Shown piece after piece: positions 8,410 through 18,762 of a stretch of DNA of 64,000 nucleotides. The position numbers were made by a program, and so were the translations under genes. The DNA comes from an uncultured Collinsella sp. (GTDB lineage Bacteria; Actinomycetota; Coriobacteriia; Coriobacteriales; Coriobacteriaceae), in NCBI GenBank assembly GCA_900757595.1, contig CAAEOL010000023.1, positions 2,248 through 66,247 on the forward strand. Reading direction: 5' to 3'. Each line of letters opens with the position of its first letter. Within the stretch, counting starts at the first letter, position 1. The notes under the pieces were generated by a model, which was not told the origin of the DNA, ran no database searches, and saw nothing but the letters and a program-made list of their open reading frames with translations.

Positions 8410-9435
8410 ATGGTGAGGGGCAGCTTGATGCACGCGGCTCGGTTAGGTGCTGGGACCGCGGCGGTCATTGCCGTATTGGGCTTGAGCGGATGCGCGTTCA
8501 ATCCATTGTCCACGTTCACGACACCCACGATTGACCAGATCGAGCGCGAGACCGTCACGCCGGCGGTGTCGGATGATGCCCTGGTCACTCCCGGTACCCT
8601 GACGGTTGCCCTCGATACCTCCGATGCTCCGCAGGCCATGCAGGGCGCCGATGGTAACCTCACGGGCTACGCGGTCGACGCTGCCCGCGCCCTTGCAAGC
8701 CGTATGGGCCTTAAGGTTGCCTTCGTCGATGCGTCTTCTGCCGATTCCGCGCTTGGCGACAAAAAGGCCGACATCTTCATTGGCGACATCAATTCCACGG
8801 ATGGTGACATCAGCACGCTTGGTGCTTGCCTGTACGACGCTGCGGCAGTGTTCGGAAAGACGAGCGACGGCGAGTCTCTGAGCGTTTCCACCGAAACGCT
8901 TAACACCGCTACCCTGGGCGTTCAGACCTCCTCGGCCTCGCAGGAAGCGCTTGCTAAGCAGAGCATCACCGCCAACCAAAAGACCTACTCCAACATCAAC
9001 GAGTGCTTTGAGGCGCTCGAGTCCGGCGAGGTCGACTATGTGATCTGCGACTCCACAGCCGGCGGCTATCTTGCACGCCTGATGAGCGAGGTCTCCTATG
9101 TCGGTGCGCTCGAGGCGCCCTCGACGCTTGGTGTTGCGGGCCTCTCGTCCAATGACGAACTGTGCCGTGCCGTGAGTGATGCCCTCGACGACATCACGGT
9201 CGACGGCACGCTCGAGGCGGTTCACTGCGTCTGGTACGGCCAGATTCCCTACGACCTCACCACTAAGACGGTTTCGGGCGCTAACGTGCAGCCGGGCGAC
9301 TCTGAGTCCAGTGAGACCACGTCCTCCGGCAGCGAGTCCTCCGATTCCAACAATGAGACCGCATCCTCCGAGGACAAATCGTCCAGCCAGGAAGGCACCA
9401 TCACCGACGACGACATTAACAAACTCAATAGCTAG
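8410..9435 (+). CDS. ABC-type amino-acid solute-binding lipoprotein (PBP family 3)
   Basis: Lipobox LGLSGC; GTLTVAL..GYAVD..ALESGEVDYVI; Ser/Glu-rich tail. The start may be 8410 or 8428. Confidence 0.8.
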   Translation: MVRGSLMHAARLGAGTAAVIAVLGLSGCAFNPLSTFTTPTIDQIERETVTPAVSDDALVTPGTLTVALDTSDAPQAMQGADGNLTGYAVDAARALASRMGLKVAFVDASSADSALGDKKADIFIGDINSTDGDISTLGACLYDAAAVFGKTSDGESLSVSTETLNTATLGVQTSSASQEALAKQSITANQKTYSNINECFEALESGEVDYVICDSTAGGYLARLMSEVSYVGALEAPSTLGVAGLSSNDELCRAVSDALDDITVDGTLEAVHCVWYGQIPYDLTTKTVSGANVQPGDSESSETTSSGSESSDSNNETASSEDKSSSQEGTITDDDINKLNS

Positions 9436-9501
9436 TTATTGCTAGGGGTGGTGTCTCCTATACGTTGGAAAGGACGCCTCTTCACGGTTTCAACACGCAC
9501 T

Positions 9502-9536
9502 GCCGGGTTTCCCCAATAGGGGAGCCCGGCTTTTTT
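9502..9536 (+). terminator. Intrinsic terminator
   Basis: GCCGGGTTTCCCC/GGGGAGCCCGGC stem followed by T6. Confidence 0.7.
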
Positions 9537-9752
9537 ATCCCTATAAAACCAGCAGGTCAAAGCCAATTTTCGGGACCAAATACAAAGTCGCTAGCTCCCT
9601 CCTATAGCGCACTTTGCCACAGAAAAGTGCGAGACTTCGGTATGCGGTATCAAGCAATCGTTATTCGGGTCTTTGGGAATTCGGGTGATTAAATGCACGG
9701 CAATGGGTACATAGCCAGTACAGTAAGTCCCCGAGGCAGATTGGAGCCACGT

Positions 9753-10337
9753 ATGGATATCAAGGTTTCTGGACGCAAGACGACGGTAACCGATGCTCTG
9801 CGTGCGCATGTGGATGAGAAGATCGGCGAGGCGCTCAAGGTTTTCGATATCGAGCCCATGACGGTTGACGTTGTGCTTCGTTATGAGAAGAACCCCTCGA
9901 ACCCCAACCCGGCAATCGTCGAGGTCACGGTTCGTGCCCGCGGCTCTGTGATTCGCGTTGCCGAGCACGGCGCAGATATGTATGCCGCCATCGATCTCTC
10001 TGCCGATAAGGTCACCCGCCAGCTGCGCAAGTTCAAGACCAAGGTCGTGGACAACCGCCAGGGCGGTGCCAGCGCCGCGGATGTCGCGCCGGTCGAGCGC
10101 GTCGAGGATCTGGCCGACCTGCTGCTGCCCGAGGAAGAGGACGACCTGCTCGTCCGCGAGAAGGTCATCGACGTCACCCCGATGACTGAGGAGCAGGCGC
10201 TGGTGCAGACCGATCTGCTGGGCCACGACTTCTACGTGTTCGAGAACGCGACGACCGGTCTCATCAATGTGGTGTATCACCGTAAGAATGGTGGATATGG
10301 CATCATCAAGCCCCGCATCGAAACACTTGACGAGTAA
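9753..10337 (+). CDS. hpf: Ribosome hibernation promoting factor (long HPF / RaiA)
   Basis: MDIKVSGRK..DMYAAIDL..RQLRKFK; C-terminal PMTEEQAL..LGHDFYVF..VVYHRKNGGYGII. Confidence 0.95.
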   Translation: MDIKVSGRKTTVTDALRAHVDEKIGEALKVFDIEPMTVDVVLRYEKNPSNPNPAIVEVTVRARGSVIRVAEHGADMYAAIDLSADKVTRQLRKFKTKVVDNRQGGASAADVAPVERVEDLADLLLPEEEDDLLVREKVIDVTPMTEEQALVQTDLLGHDFYVFENATTGLINVVYHRKNGGYGIIKPRIETLDE

Positions 10338-10366
10338 AATACGTTAACTTGCATGAGTTAACGGTT

Positions 10367-10398
10367 GGCGGCCATCCCATGCGGGTGGCCGCCTTTTT
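10367..10398 (+). terminator. Intrinsic terminator
   Basis: GGCGGCCATCC/GGGTGGCCGCC followed by T5. Confidence 0.7.
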
Positions 10399-10416
10399 AC
10401 GTAAGGAGTCGCTTTG

Positions 10417-11370
10417 ATGGACAAGGTCGCATCCGCCGGTCATTCGGACCGTTGCCGCATCGTCGTCGATACCTGCTGCGACTTTAGTCCCGAGGTCGCC
10501 GCGAACCTCGATGTCGATATCCTGGGTTTCCCCTTCATTATCGATGGCGAAGAGCGCACGGACGACATCTGGTCGAGCATCACACCCAAGGAGTTCTACG
10601 ACCGCATGCGCGCCGGTGCCCGCGTGTCCACCTCGGCTGTGTCGCTCGGTCGCTATATCGAGTTCTTTACCGAGTGCGCCAAAGAGGGCACGCCCACGGT
10701 CTACCTGTGCTTTACCTCGGCGCTGTCGTCGAGCTACAACTCCGCGTGCCAGGCGGCGGACGCCGTGCGTGCCGAGTATCCCGATTTTGAGCTCTACGTG
10801 GTCGACAACGCTCTACCCTGTGCGACCGGCGCGCTCCTGGCACTCGAGGCCGTGCGTCAGCGTTCGGCGGGGCTGACCGCCAAGCAACTGGTCGATTGGG
10901 CAAACGAGGCAAAGACCTACGTCCACGGCTACTTTACGCTCGAGAGCTTCGACGCACTGGCTGCCGGCGGCCGCATTCCGCCCGCGGCGGCGCAGCTCAC
11001 GGCAAAACTCGATGTTAAGCCCGAGCTCTCCTACGACCTTGCCGGCTCGCTGTCGCTGATCGGCGTCAACCGCGGCCGCAAGAAGGCGCTCAAGTCCATC
11101 CTCAAGTCGTTCCGCGAGAACTACGTGCCCGACCGCACCATGCCCATCGCCATCATGACGGCCGATACCGAGAAGGACGGTGACTGGCTCGAGGCTGCCA
11201 TCCGCAAAGAGGAAGGCTGCGCCGACGTCACCATCATCCGCAGCTCTGTGGGCCCCACCATCGGCTCGCACGTGGGCCCCGGCATGGTGGCCTGCGCGTT
11301 TTGGGGTAAGAACCGCGCCGACAAGGCATCGCTTTCCGACCGCATCGCCCGCCGCGTGCGCGGTCAGTAG
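10417..11370 (+). CDS. DegV family fatty-acid-binding protein
   Basis: IVVDTCCD, SSALSSSYNSA, GGRI, LDVKP and IGSHVGPG motifs. Confidence 0.92.
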   Translation: MDKVASAGHSDRCRIVVDTCCDFSPEVAANLDVDILGFPFIIDGEERTDDIWSSITPKEFYDRMRAGARVSTSAVSLGRYIEFFTECAKEGTPTVYLCFTSALSSSYNSACQAADAVRAEYPDFELYVVDNALPCATGALLALEAVRQRSAGLTAKQLVDWANEAKTYVHGYFTLESFDALAAGGRIPPAAAQLTAKLDVKPELSYDLAGSLSLIGVNRGRKKALKSILKSFRENYVPDRTMPIAIMTADTEKDGDWLEAAIRKEEGCADVTIIRSSVGPTIGSHVGPGMVACAFWGKNRADKASLSDRIARRVRGQ

Positions 11371-11468
11371 GCAAGCGCTGCGTCCGTAATCGATCTCAAC
11401 TCACAGCCCAAACGCTGGCGCTGAGTATTCAACCTGGTAATAACACCCAACCCAAAAGGAAAGGTTTC

Positions 11469-12548
11469 ATGGCAAACAAGCTCTCCGTCGCATTTATCGG
11501 CACCGGAATCATGGGTGCCCCCATCGCCGGTCACATCCTGGATGCCGGCTATCCCGTCACGGTCAACAACCGTACCAAGTCCAAGGCCGCAGCGCTTATC
11601 GAGCGCGGCGCCGCTTGGGCCGATACGCCGGCCGATGCCGCGGCGAACGCCGATGTCGTCTTTACCATGGTGGGCTATCCCTCCGAGGTCGAGGAGCTCT
11701 ACCTGGCGGGCGACGGCCTGCTGGCCTGCACCAAGCCCGGCGCGGTGCTGATCGATCTCACCACGAGCTCGCCCGAGCTCGCCCGTGACATTGCCGAGGC
11801 CGCCCAGGTTTCTGGTCGCATGGCGTTTGACTGCCCCGTCACCGGCGGCGAGTCGGGAGCTATCGCCGGCACGCTCACGGCTATCGTGGGCGCTACCGAA
11901 AACGACATCGCCCCGGTCCGCGATATCCTTTCCACCTTTGCGGCAACCATCTGCTGCTTCGACGGCGCCGGCAAGGGCCAGGCTGCCAAGCTCGCCAACC
12001 AGGTGTCGCTGGGCGCCTGCATGGTCGGCATGGCAGACGCCATGGCATTTGCCGAGCTGAGCGGCCTTGATCTGGAGAAGACCCGCGAGATGATCCTGGG
12101 CGGTACCGGCAAGTCCGGCGCTATGGAGAGCCTGGCGCCCAAGGCGCTCGACGGCGACTACAAGCCCGGCTTTATGGTCGAGCACTTCATTAAGGACCTG
12201 CGCCTAGCGCTCGCTTACGCCGACGATCGTGAGCTCGCTCTGCCCGGTGCCGACGTGGCCTTTACGCTCTACGACATGCTCGACGCCATCGGTGGCGCCA
12301 AGCTGGGCACCCAGGCCATCACGGTCCTCTACAAGGAGGAGGCCGACGCCATCGCCGCCGGTCTGGACTGGTCACAGTATCGTCCCGAGGAGCATGGCGC
12401 TCACGAGGACGGCTGCGGTTGCGGCGAGCACGGCGACGATCACGAGTGCGGTTGTGGACACCACCATGGCGAGGACCACGAGTGCTGCGGCGGCCACGGC
12501 CATGACGACGGCCACGAGTGCTGCTGCGGCCACCATCACGGGGAGTAG
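11469..12548 (+). CDS. Beta-hydroxyacid (3-hydroxyisobutyrate/tartronate semialdehyde) dehydrogenase family, with His/Cys-rich tail
   Basis: FIGTGIMG Rossmann motif, DCPVTGG, GQAAKLANQ, FIKDL. Confidence 0.88.
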   Translation: MANKLSVAFIGTGIMGAPIAGHILDAGYPVTVNNRTKSKAAALIERGAAWADTPADAAANADVVFTMVGYPSEVEELYLAGDGLLACTKPGAVLIDLTTSSPELARDIAEAAQVSGRMAFDCPVTGGESGAIAGTLTAIVGATENDIAPVRDILSTFAATICCFDGAGKGQAAKLANQVSLGACMVGMADAMAFAELSGLDLEKTREMILGGTGKSGAMESLAPKALDGDYKPGFMVEHFIKDLRLALAYADDRELALPGADVAFTLYDMLDAIGGAKLGTQAITVLYKEEADAIAAGLDWSQYRPEEHGAHEDGCGCGEHGDDHECGCGHHHGEDHECCGGHGHDDGHECCCGHHHGE

Positions 12549-12553
12549 CGCCC

Positions 12554-12982
12554 ATGAGCTGGACGTTCGTGGTGCTTGCGCTGGTGCTCTTTCTCTTTGC
12601 GATCTACATCGGCTTTTTGTGCGGCCAGTGGGCGTGCGAAAAGCGCGTGATCACCAAGCGCGACTACTGGATTGCCAACTTTGCAGGAGCGGCGGCAGTC
12701 GTCCTACTGACCTGGGTGTTTTCGCTGTTCCCGCTGGTGCAGTTTGCGCCGATCGGCTGGCTCGGCGGCTTTATCGCCGGTCTTAAGATGAGCTTTGGCG
12801 AGTCCGTTGGCCCGTGGCGCAAGCACGACGAGGTCTTTAATGTCAACAAGGCCCATCGCGCCGCCGCCGACGCGGGCGACGCCGAGGAGCGCCGTCGCGC
12901 GCGTCGCAATGGCGCGGCAGACCGACAGCTCATCTCGGTCACCGATGACAGCAAGGGTGCTGGCAAGCACGCTAAGAAATAG
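12554..12982 (+). CDS. Hypothetical membrane protein
   Basis: Three hydrophobic segments; operonic spacing and typical codon bias. Confidence 0.7.
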   Translation: MSWTFVVLALVLFLFAIYIGFLCGQWACEKRVITKRDYWIANFAGAAAVVLLTWVFSLFPLVQFAPIGWLGGFIAGLKMSFGESVGPWRKHDEVFNVNKAHRAAADAGDAEERRRARRNGAADRQLISVTDDSKGAGKHAKK

Positions 12983-12997
12983 TAAGAAGAGGTAACT

Positions 12998-13696
12998 ATG
13001 GCAGAAAACAAAGACGAACAGCTCACCGACGAGGAGCTGGCACAGCTCCAGCTGGCAGAGGAGAACGAGAACGCCGTCGACCGCCTGGTCAGGGAGCTCG
13101 GCTGCCCCACGCGCCGCATCCGCCAGTTTGCCGCCCGCGTGCTGCACCTGCTTGCCGAGCGCGATCCGCAGCGCGTCGTGCCCTGCGTGCCCGCGCTGAT
13201 CGAGGCGCTCGACCGCCCCGAGGCTCAGACCCGCTGGGAGGCCCTCGATGCCCTGACGGCGCTCGCCACCACCTGCCCCGAGCAGCTGGGCGATGCCTTT
13301 GAGGGCGCCGAGACCGCGCTGTTCGACGAGATCTCCTCCACGCTGCGCTATGCCGCCTTCCGCCTGCTGTGCGTGTGGGGCGCCACGGGCGTCGAGCGTT
13401 CGCGCGAGGCCTGGCCCATCCTGGACGAGGCCATCCAGTGCTACCACGGCGACCTCGAGTATCGCGACATGCTCGGTTGCCTGTACGAGTTTGGCCAGGG
13501 CGAGATCGATGCCGAGGTTGCCGAGAAACTCGCGCTGCGCCTTAAGTTCGATGCCGAGAACGGCAAGGGCAGCTATCTCAAGGCCCGTTCGAGCGAGATT
13601 TGCGAAATGCTTGTTAAACGTTTTGGCCTGGATCTCTCCAAAAAGAAGAAGCGTGCTAGCGTTAAAAAATCTGACGACGCCGAAGACGAGGAGTAA
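12998..13696 (+). CDS. HEAT-repeat-like hypothetical protein
   Basis: RBS GAGG; helical repeats such as VPALIEAL..TRWEALDAL..LRYAAFRLL. Confidence 0.7.
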   Translation: MAENKDEQLTDEELAQLQLAEENENAVDRLVRELGCPTRRIRQFAARVLHLLAERDPQRVVPCVPALIEALDRPEAQTRWEALDALTALATTCPEQLGDAFEGAETALFDEISSTLRYAAFRLLCVWGATGVERSREAWPILDEAIQCYHGDLEYRDMLGCLYEFGQGEIDAEVAEKLALRLKFDAENGKGSYLKARSSEICEMLVKRFGLDLSKKKKRASVKKSDDAEDEE

Positions 13697-13702
13697 CAGA
13701 TT

Positions 13703-14788
13703 ATGGCGCACGATGTAGTCCTGATTCCCGGTGACGGTATCGGTCCCGAGATTACGCAGGCCATGCGCCGCGTGGTCGAGGCCACCGGTGTCCAGATCAA
13801 CTGGAACGTCCAGGAGGCCGGCGCTGGCGTCATGGACGAGTTTGGCACGCCGCTGCCCCAGCACGTGCTCGATGCAGTCGCCGAGACCAAGGTTGCCATC
13901 AAGGGCCCCATCACTACGCCGGTCGGCACGGGTTTCCGCAGCGTCAACGTGGCCCTGCGCAAGCACTTTGACCTGTACGCCTGCGTGCGCCCCTGCCTGT
14001 CGCAGCCGGGCGACGGCTCGCGTTTCCGCGATGTCGACCTGGTCATCGTGCGCGAGAACACCGAGGACCTCTACGCCGGCATCGAGTTCGATGAGGGGGC
14101 TGCCGAGGTCGAGGAGCTCTCGCAGCTTGTCGAGCGCTCGGGTCAGAAGACCTTCGCCGCCGATTCCGCCATCTCGATCAAGCCGATCTCCATCGCCAAG
14201 AGTCGCCGTATTGTGGAGTACGCCTTTGAGTACGCCCGCCGTTGCGGCCGCAAAAAGGTGACGGCCGTACACAAGGCAAACATCATGAAAGCGACTGACG
14301 GCCTGTTCCTGCGCGTTGCGCGCGAGGTGGCCGCCAACTATCCCGATATCGAGTTCAACGACAAGATCGTCGACGCCACCTGCATGGGCCTGGTCCAAAA
14401 CCCCAACGACTTCGATGTCTTGGTGCTGCCCAACCTGTACGGCGACATCGTGAGCGACCTGTGCGCCGGCCTGGTGGGTGGCTTAGGGATGGCCCCCGGC
14501 TCCAACATCGGTGCCGACTGTGCCATCTTCGAGGCAACGCACGGCTCCGCGCCCGATATCGCTGGCCAGGATATCGCCAACCCCACGGCCGAGATTCTCT
14601 CTGCTGCGATGATGCTCGATCACCTGGGCGAGAACGACGCTGCCAATCGCATCCGTTCCGCCGTGTCTGCCACGCTCGACGAGGGCGAGCAGGTTACCGG
14701 TGACGTGCGCCGTGCCCAGACCGGCTCCGTTGAGGGCGCTGTGGGCACGAAGGCCTTTGCCGATGCCGTTATCGCGCACCTGGCCTAA
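13703..14788 (+). CDS. icd: Isocitrate/isopropylmalate dehydrogenase family (likely isocitrate dehydrogenase)
   Basis: [58 protein letters not shown]. Confidence 0.85.
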   Translation: MAHDVVLIPGDGIGPEITQAMRRVVEATGVQINWNVQEAGAGVMDEFGTPLPQHVLDAVAETKVAIKGPITTPVGTGFRSVNVALRKHFDLYACVRPCLSQPGDGSRFRDVDLVIVRENTEDLYAGIEFDEGAAEVEELSQLVERSGQKTFAADSAISIKPISIAKSRRIVEYAFEYARRCGRKKVTAVHKANIMKATDGLFLRVAREVAANYPDIEFNDKIVDATCMGLVQNPNDFDVLVLPNLYGDIVSDLCAGLVGGLGMAPGSNIGADCAIFEATHGSAPDIAGQDIANPTAEILSAAMMLDHLGENDAANRIRSAVSATLDEGEQVTGDVRRAQTGSVEGAVGTKAFADAVIAHLA

Positions 14789-14914
14789 GGTATGCACGCT
14801 GCAAACGCCTAAATAGTACTTAAGTGTTTGCGTATAACCTAAGAATCAATACGCCCGGCGCTCTGTCGGGCGTATTCTATTGGGGACTATGTTTCCTAAC
14901 AAGGAGTAACTGAT

Positions 14915-15997
14915 ATGGGTCTGATTCAAAAGAAGGACGAGAAGGACGAGATCGACGGCATCCAGATCATCGAGCGCGGCGAAGGCCCCGACGGTGACGA
15001 GGACGAGAAGATCGATCTGGTCGCCGGTACGTCTGCCGAGCACATTGCTGCCGGCACGACGGCCGAGGAGGAAGACGCTCGCTTGGAGGCAAAGATCGCC
15101 GCGGACGCCGCCGACGAGAACCTCATGCCCGAGGAGCAGGACGAGGACGACTCCGACGTGGACGGCCACGCTTGCAAGCACAAGAAGACGATGATTGCCG
15201 CCTTTGTGGTCGCCATCGTGATCGCTGCTGTGGTCGGCTTCTTTATTGGCAATGGCGGCTTTGGCGGCAAGGGTGTCGGCTCGGCGACCCTGACCGAGGA
15301 CCAGCTCGATTCGACCGTGGCAAGCTATAGCTACAACGGCAAGAAGAGCGATATCACCGCGCGCGAGGCCATCGAGAGCCAGTACAGCCTCGATACCGTC
15401 AAGGATAGTGATGGCAACTACACCGCTCCGTCTGCCGACGTTATCTTGTCCTACGTGCGCAACAAGATCCTGCTCGATGCTGCCGAGGACGAGGGCATTA
15501 CCGTCTCTTCCAAGGAGATGAAGCAGTACGCCGAGGATTCCATCGGCACTTCTGACTACAAGACCATGGCCACGCAGTATGGCGTGTCCAAGGACCAGGC
15601 CAAGCAGATCGTCCGCCAGTCCTCGACGCTGCAGAAGCTCTACAAGAAGAAGGTGGGCGATAGCTCCGCAAGCATGCCGACCGCCCCGACCGAGCCTTCT
15701 GACGGCAACGAGGAGACCGCGAGCAAGGATTACGCCGACTACATCATCAACCTTGCCGGCGATGAGTGGGATAGCTCAAAGGGCACTTGGAAGGACGAGA
15801 ACAGCACCTACGCTAAGGCCTTTGCCGACGATGCCTTTACCGCCGATAGCGCCACCTATAAGCAGGCCATGACCGCCTATTACACTGCCTACCAGCAGTA
15901 TTCCTCGCAGGCTTCGAGCGCCAGCTCCAAGTGGACCGAGTATGCCAACGGCCTGTACGCCAAGGCCAACATCAGCATCTACGGCCTGTTTGCGTAA
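14915..15997 (+). CDS. Membrane-anchored protein with acidic N-terminus and SurA/PrsA N-terminal-like region
   Basis: Acidic N-terminus, one TM helix, and LSYVRNKILLDAAEDEGITVSSKEM resembling SurA_N. No PPIase motif recognised. Confidence 0.6.
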   Translation: MGLIQKKDEKDEIDGIQIIERGEGPDGDEDEKIDLVAGTSAEHIAAGTTAEEEDARLEAKIAADAADENLMPEEQDEDDSDVDGHACKHKKTMIAAFVVAIVIAAVVGFFIGNGGFGGKGVGSATLTEDQLDSTVASYSYNGKKSDITAREAIESQYSLDTVKDSDGNYTAPSADVILSYVRNKILLDAAEDEGITVSSKEMKQYAEDSIGTSDYKTMATQYGVSKDQAKQIVRQSSTLQKLYKKKVGDSSASMPTAPTEPSDGNEETASKDYADYIINLAGDEWDSSKGTWKDENSTYAKAFADDAFTADSATYKQAMTAYYTAYQQYSSQASSASSKWTEYANGLYAKANISIYGLFA

Positions 15998-16040
15998 GAT
16001 CTGTCTGCACTACTGCGCGCTAACCGATCTACCTGATTAA

Positions 16041-16075
16041 GCCCGCTAGAACGACAACGTTCTAGCGGGCATTTT
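16041..16075 (+). terminator. Intrinsic terminator
   Basis: GCCCGCTAGAACG/CGTTCTAGCGGGC followed by ATTTT. Confidence 0.65.
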
Positions 16076-16498
16076 GTTACCGAAACCACTAGGATAGGAC
16101 TTGCGCCCGTGCAAGTGCTTCATCGGGTATCCTCAATTCATTCGGGAAAACGGCCGTAAACGATTGCAAATAACCGGTGAACGGTCGAAAACTACCGTTC
16201 ACCGATAATATCGAAACTGGTTCTTACTGGTATTAAGTCAAAAAGACCAATTCACAAATCTTCACAATGACCTGCAATTTTTCTACACGCCATTTTTAGC
16301 CACCCTGCGTTGTTTAGACACAGAAAAGGTTCCGATCTTTCGTCAAAGTATTTCGATACGGTTTCAAAACCGCAGGTAGAAGTGTTAACGAGCGGTAAAC
16401 GGTCGATTTTTTACCGTGAACGGTGCAAAAACGTTTTACTGTTTGAATCAACGAAAGCAACCTCTTCTGTGGTGATATAGTGACAACAACACGTCACG

Positions 16499-16512
16499 TG
16501 GTTACTACCAGT
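16499..16512. promoter_or_regulatory. GntR/HutC (dre-like) operator
   Basis: TGGTTACTACCAGT; identical core at 20792-20804. Confidence 0.65.
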
Positions 16513-16627
16513 TGAGAGACCACTGGTTCTCAAAGAACGCTTTCCAAGAAGCTTTAAGGGCGATTGCCCGTTGGCTTCCGAACATCATCGGACTCAGATC
16601 GTACACACCTTCGGAAGGGAAATTTGA

Positions 16628-17071
16628 ATGGTTGGCTTTATTCTTACCGGTCATGGACAGTTCGCACCCGGCCTCGCAAGCGCTATCGCTATGGTCGCTG
16701 GCGACCAGCCCGCTTTTACCGTCGTTCCTTTTGAGGGCGACCAGGCTGCTTCCTACGGTGAGGATCTCCGCGCCGCTATTACCGCCATGCGCGAGGAGTG
16801 CGATGGCGTGCTCGTCTTTACCGACCTGCTTGGTGGTACCCCGTTCAACCAGGCAATGATGATTGCCCAGGATGTCGACAACGTCGAGATTCTGACTGGA
16901 ACTAACCTTCCCATGGTTATTGAGCTTCTGTTCCTCCGCGGCAACGCCACGCTCGCCGAGCTTGGCGAGCAGGCCGTGACCGTTGGCCAGACGGGCATCA
17001 CCGCCCAGACGGTCGCTTCCGTCGCTGGTGCCGAGGAAGAGGATATCTTCGGCGACGAGGACGGCATCTAA
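16628..17071 (+). CDS. agaF: Mannose-family PTS EIIA (GalNAc/galactosamine)
   Basis: ILTGHGQFA (phospho-His), DLLGGTPFN, GTNLPM. Confidence 0.88.
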   Translation: MVGFILTGHGQFAPGLASAIAMVAGDQPAFTVVPFEGDQAASYGEDLRAAITAMREECDGVLVFTDLLGGTPFNQAMMIAQDVDNVEILTGTNLPMVIELLFLRGNATLAELGEQAVTVGQTGITAQTVASVAGAEEEDIFGDEDGI

Positions 17072-17352
17072 TGGCCGATTTCGGAGCCAGTGTTCTGAGT
17101 TCCTCGGTCGCTCTTTTGGGCCTGCTTGTCATCATGGGCTTGGTTTACACCATCTGGTCGCAAATCAACATGAAGAAGAAGCAGAAGTACTTCAAGGAGC
17201 TGCACACGGAGCTCAAGCCGGGTCAGGAGGTTCTTTTCGCCGGCGGTATCTACGGAACCGTCAAAGGCATCGAAGGCGAAAAGGTCCAGATCAAAGTCCG
17301 ATCCGGTGCCGTCGTAGATGTTTCGCGTTACGCGATTCAGGAGATCAAGTAA
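17071..17352 (+). CDS. YajC-like small membrane protein
   Basis: TM helix followed by LKPGQEVLFAGGIYGTV. Confidence 0.8.
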   Translation: MADFGASVLSSSVALLGLLVIMGLVYTIWSQINMKKKQKYFKELHTELKPGQEVLFAGGIYGTVKGIEGEKVQIKVRSGAVVDVSRYAIQEIK

Positions 17353-17388
17353 CTGTCGTCAGCAAATAACGAAAGGAAGCTGATCAAC

Positions 17389-17871
17389 ATGGCAGAACCC
17401 AACATTCTTCTTACCCGCATCGATAACCGACTGGTTCATGGTCAGGTTGCCACCCAGTGGAACTCCACCCTGGGCTCCAACCTCATCCTCGTCGCCAACG
17501 ACGACGTGTCGAACAACACCATGCGCCAGAACCTCATGAAGATGGCCGCTCCCACCGGCGTTGCTACGCGTTTCTTCTCCCTGCAGAAGACCATCGACGT
17601 CATCGGCAAGGCGAGCCCGCGCCAGAAGATCTTCATCGTGGCCGAAACACCGGAAGACGTGCTTACGCTCGTCAAGGGCGGTGTGCCTATAAAGAAGGTA
17701 AACATCGGCAACATGCACATGTCGGAAGGAAAGCGCCAAGTCGCCACCTCCGTCGCAGTTAACGACGAGGATGTCGCTGCGTTTAAAGAGCTGCAGGAAT
17801 TGGGGGTTGAGTTGGAGATCAGGCGCGTTCCGAGCACGCCTGTTGAGGACACGAGCAAGCTCTTCTCGTAA
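17389..17871 (+). CDS. agaV: Mannose-family PTS EIIB
   Basis: LTRIDNRLVHGQV with catalytic His; VNIGNMH. Confidence 0.92.
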   Translation: MAEPNILLTRIDNRLVHGQVATQWNSTLGSNLILVANDDVSNNTMRQNLMKMAAPTGVATRFFSLQKTIDVIGKASPRQKIFIVAETPEDVLTLVKGGVPIKKVNIGNMHMSEGKRQVATSVAVNDEDVAAFKELQELGVELEIRRVPSTPVEDTSKLFS

Positions 17872-17961
17872 TCCTCATGATCCACGTTGTCAGGAATGAA
17901 ACCCTGACATTCTGTACGTGAAATCCAAAGTGCGTACATACATTTTGAAAGGAGGAGCAAG

Positions 17962-18762
17962 ATGGAATACTCGATCATCCAGGTCGCTCTGGTCTTCATC
18001 GTCACGTTCGTCGCGGCAATCGACCAGTTCAACTTCCTCGAGTCTCTCTATCAGCCCATCGTCACCGGCGCCGTCATCGGTCTTATCCTTGGCGACCTCA
18101 ACACCGGTCTTCTCGTGGGTGGTACTTATCAGCTCATGACGATCGGCAACATGCCGATCGGAGGCGCTCAGCCGCCTAACGCCGTCATCGGCGGCATCAT
18201 GGCAGCCATTCTCGCTATCGCTACGGGCCTCGAGCCCAACGCGGCAGTCGGCCTTGCCATTCCGTTCGCTCTGCTTGGTCAGCTCGGCGTTACCCTGGTC
18301 TTCACGCTTATGTCGCCGCTCATGTCCTCCGCGGACAACATGGCTCACAACGCTGACACCAAGGGTATCGAGCGTCTGAACTACTTCGCCATGGCTCTGC
18401 TCGGCCTGATCTTCGCTGTCGTCGTCACCCTGTTCTTCATCGCTGGCGCTACCATCGGTCAGACCATCGCTTCCGCCATCCCGACTTGGCTGCAGACCGG
18501 TCTGTCCGCTGCAGGCGGCATGATGCGCTTCGTCGGCTTCGCCGTCCTGCTCAAGGTTATGATGAACCGCGATATGTGGGGCTTCTTCCTCATGGGCTTT
18601 GGCCTCGCGCTCATCACCGTTGCCAACGATTCGCTGGCAACCCCTGCTCTGCTCATCCTCGCTCTCATCGGCTTCGGCATCGCTTTCTGGGACTTCCAGC
18701 AGCAGACCGAGCTGAAGGGTGCAGCTGTTTCTGACGGAGGTGACTTCGAAGATGGCATCTAA
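17962..18762 (+). CDS. agaW: Mannose-family PTS EIIC
   Basis: QPIVTGAVIGLILGD, GGAQPPN. Confidence 0.92.
   Translation: MEYSIIQVALVFIVTFVAAIDQFNFLESLYQPIVTGAVIGLILGDLNTGLLVGGTYQLMTIGNMPIGGAQPPNAVIGGIMAAILAIATGLEPNAAVGLAIPFALLGQLGVTLVFTLMSPLMSSADNMAHNADTKGIERLNYFAMALLGLIFAVVVTLFFIAGATIGQTIASAIPTWLQTGLSAAGGMMRFVGFAVLLKVMMNRDMWGFFLMGFGLALITVANDSLATPALLILALIGFGIAFWDFQQQTELKGAAVSDGGDFEDGI

Noticed and set aside
9440..9750. Additional structured RNA upstream of hpf
   Set aside because: Only a terminator and short hairpins are evident; not assignable without a covariance search.
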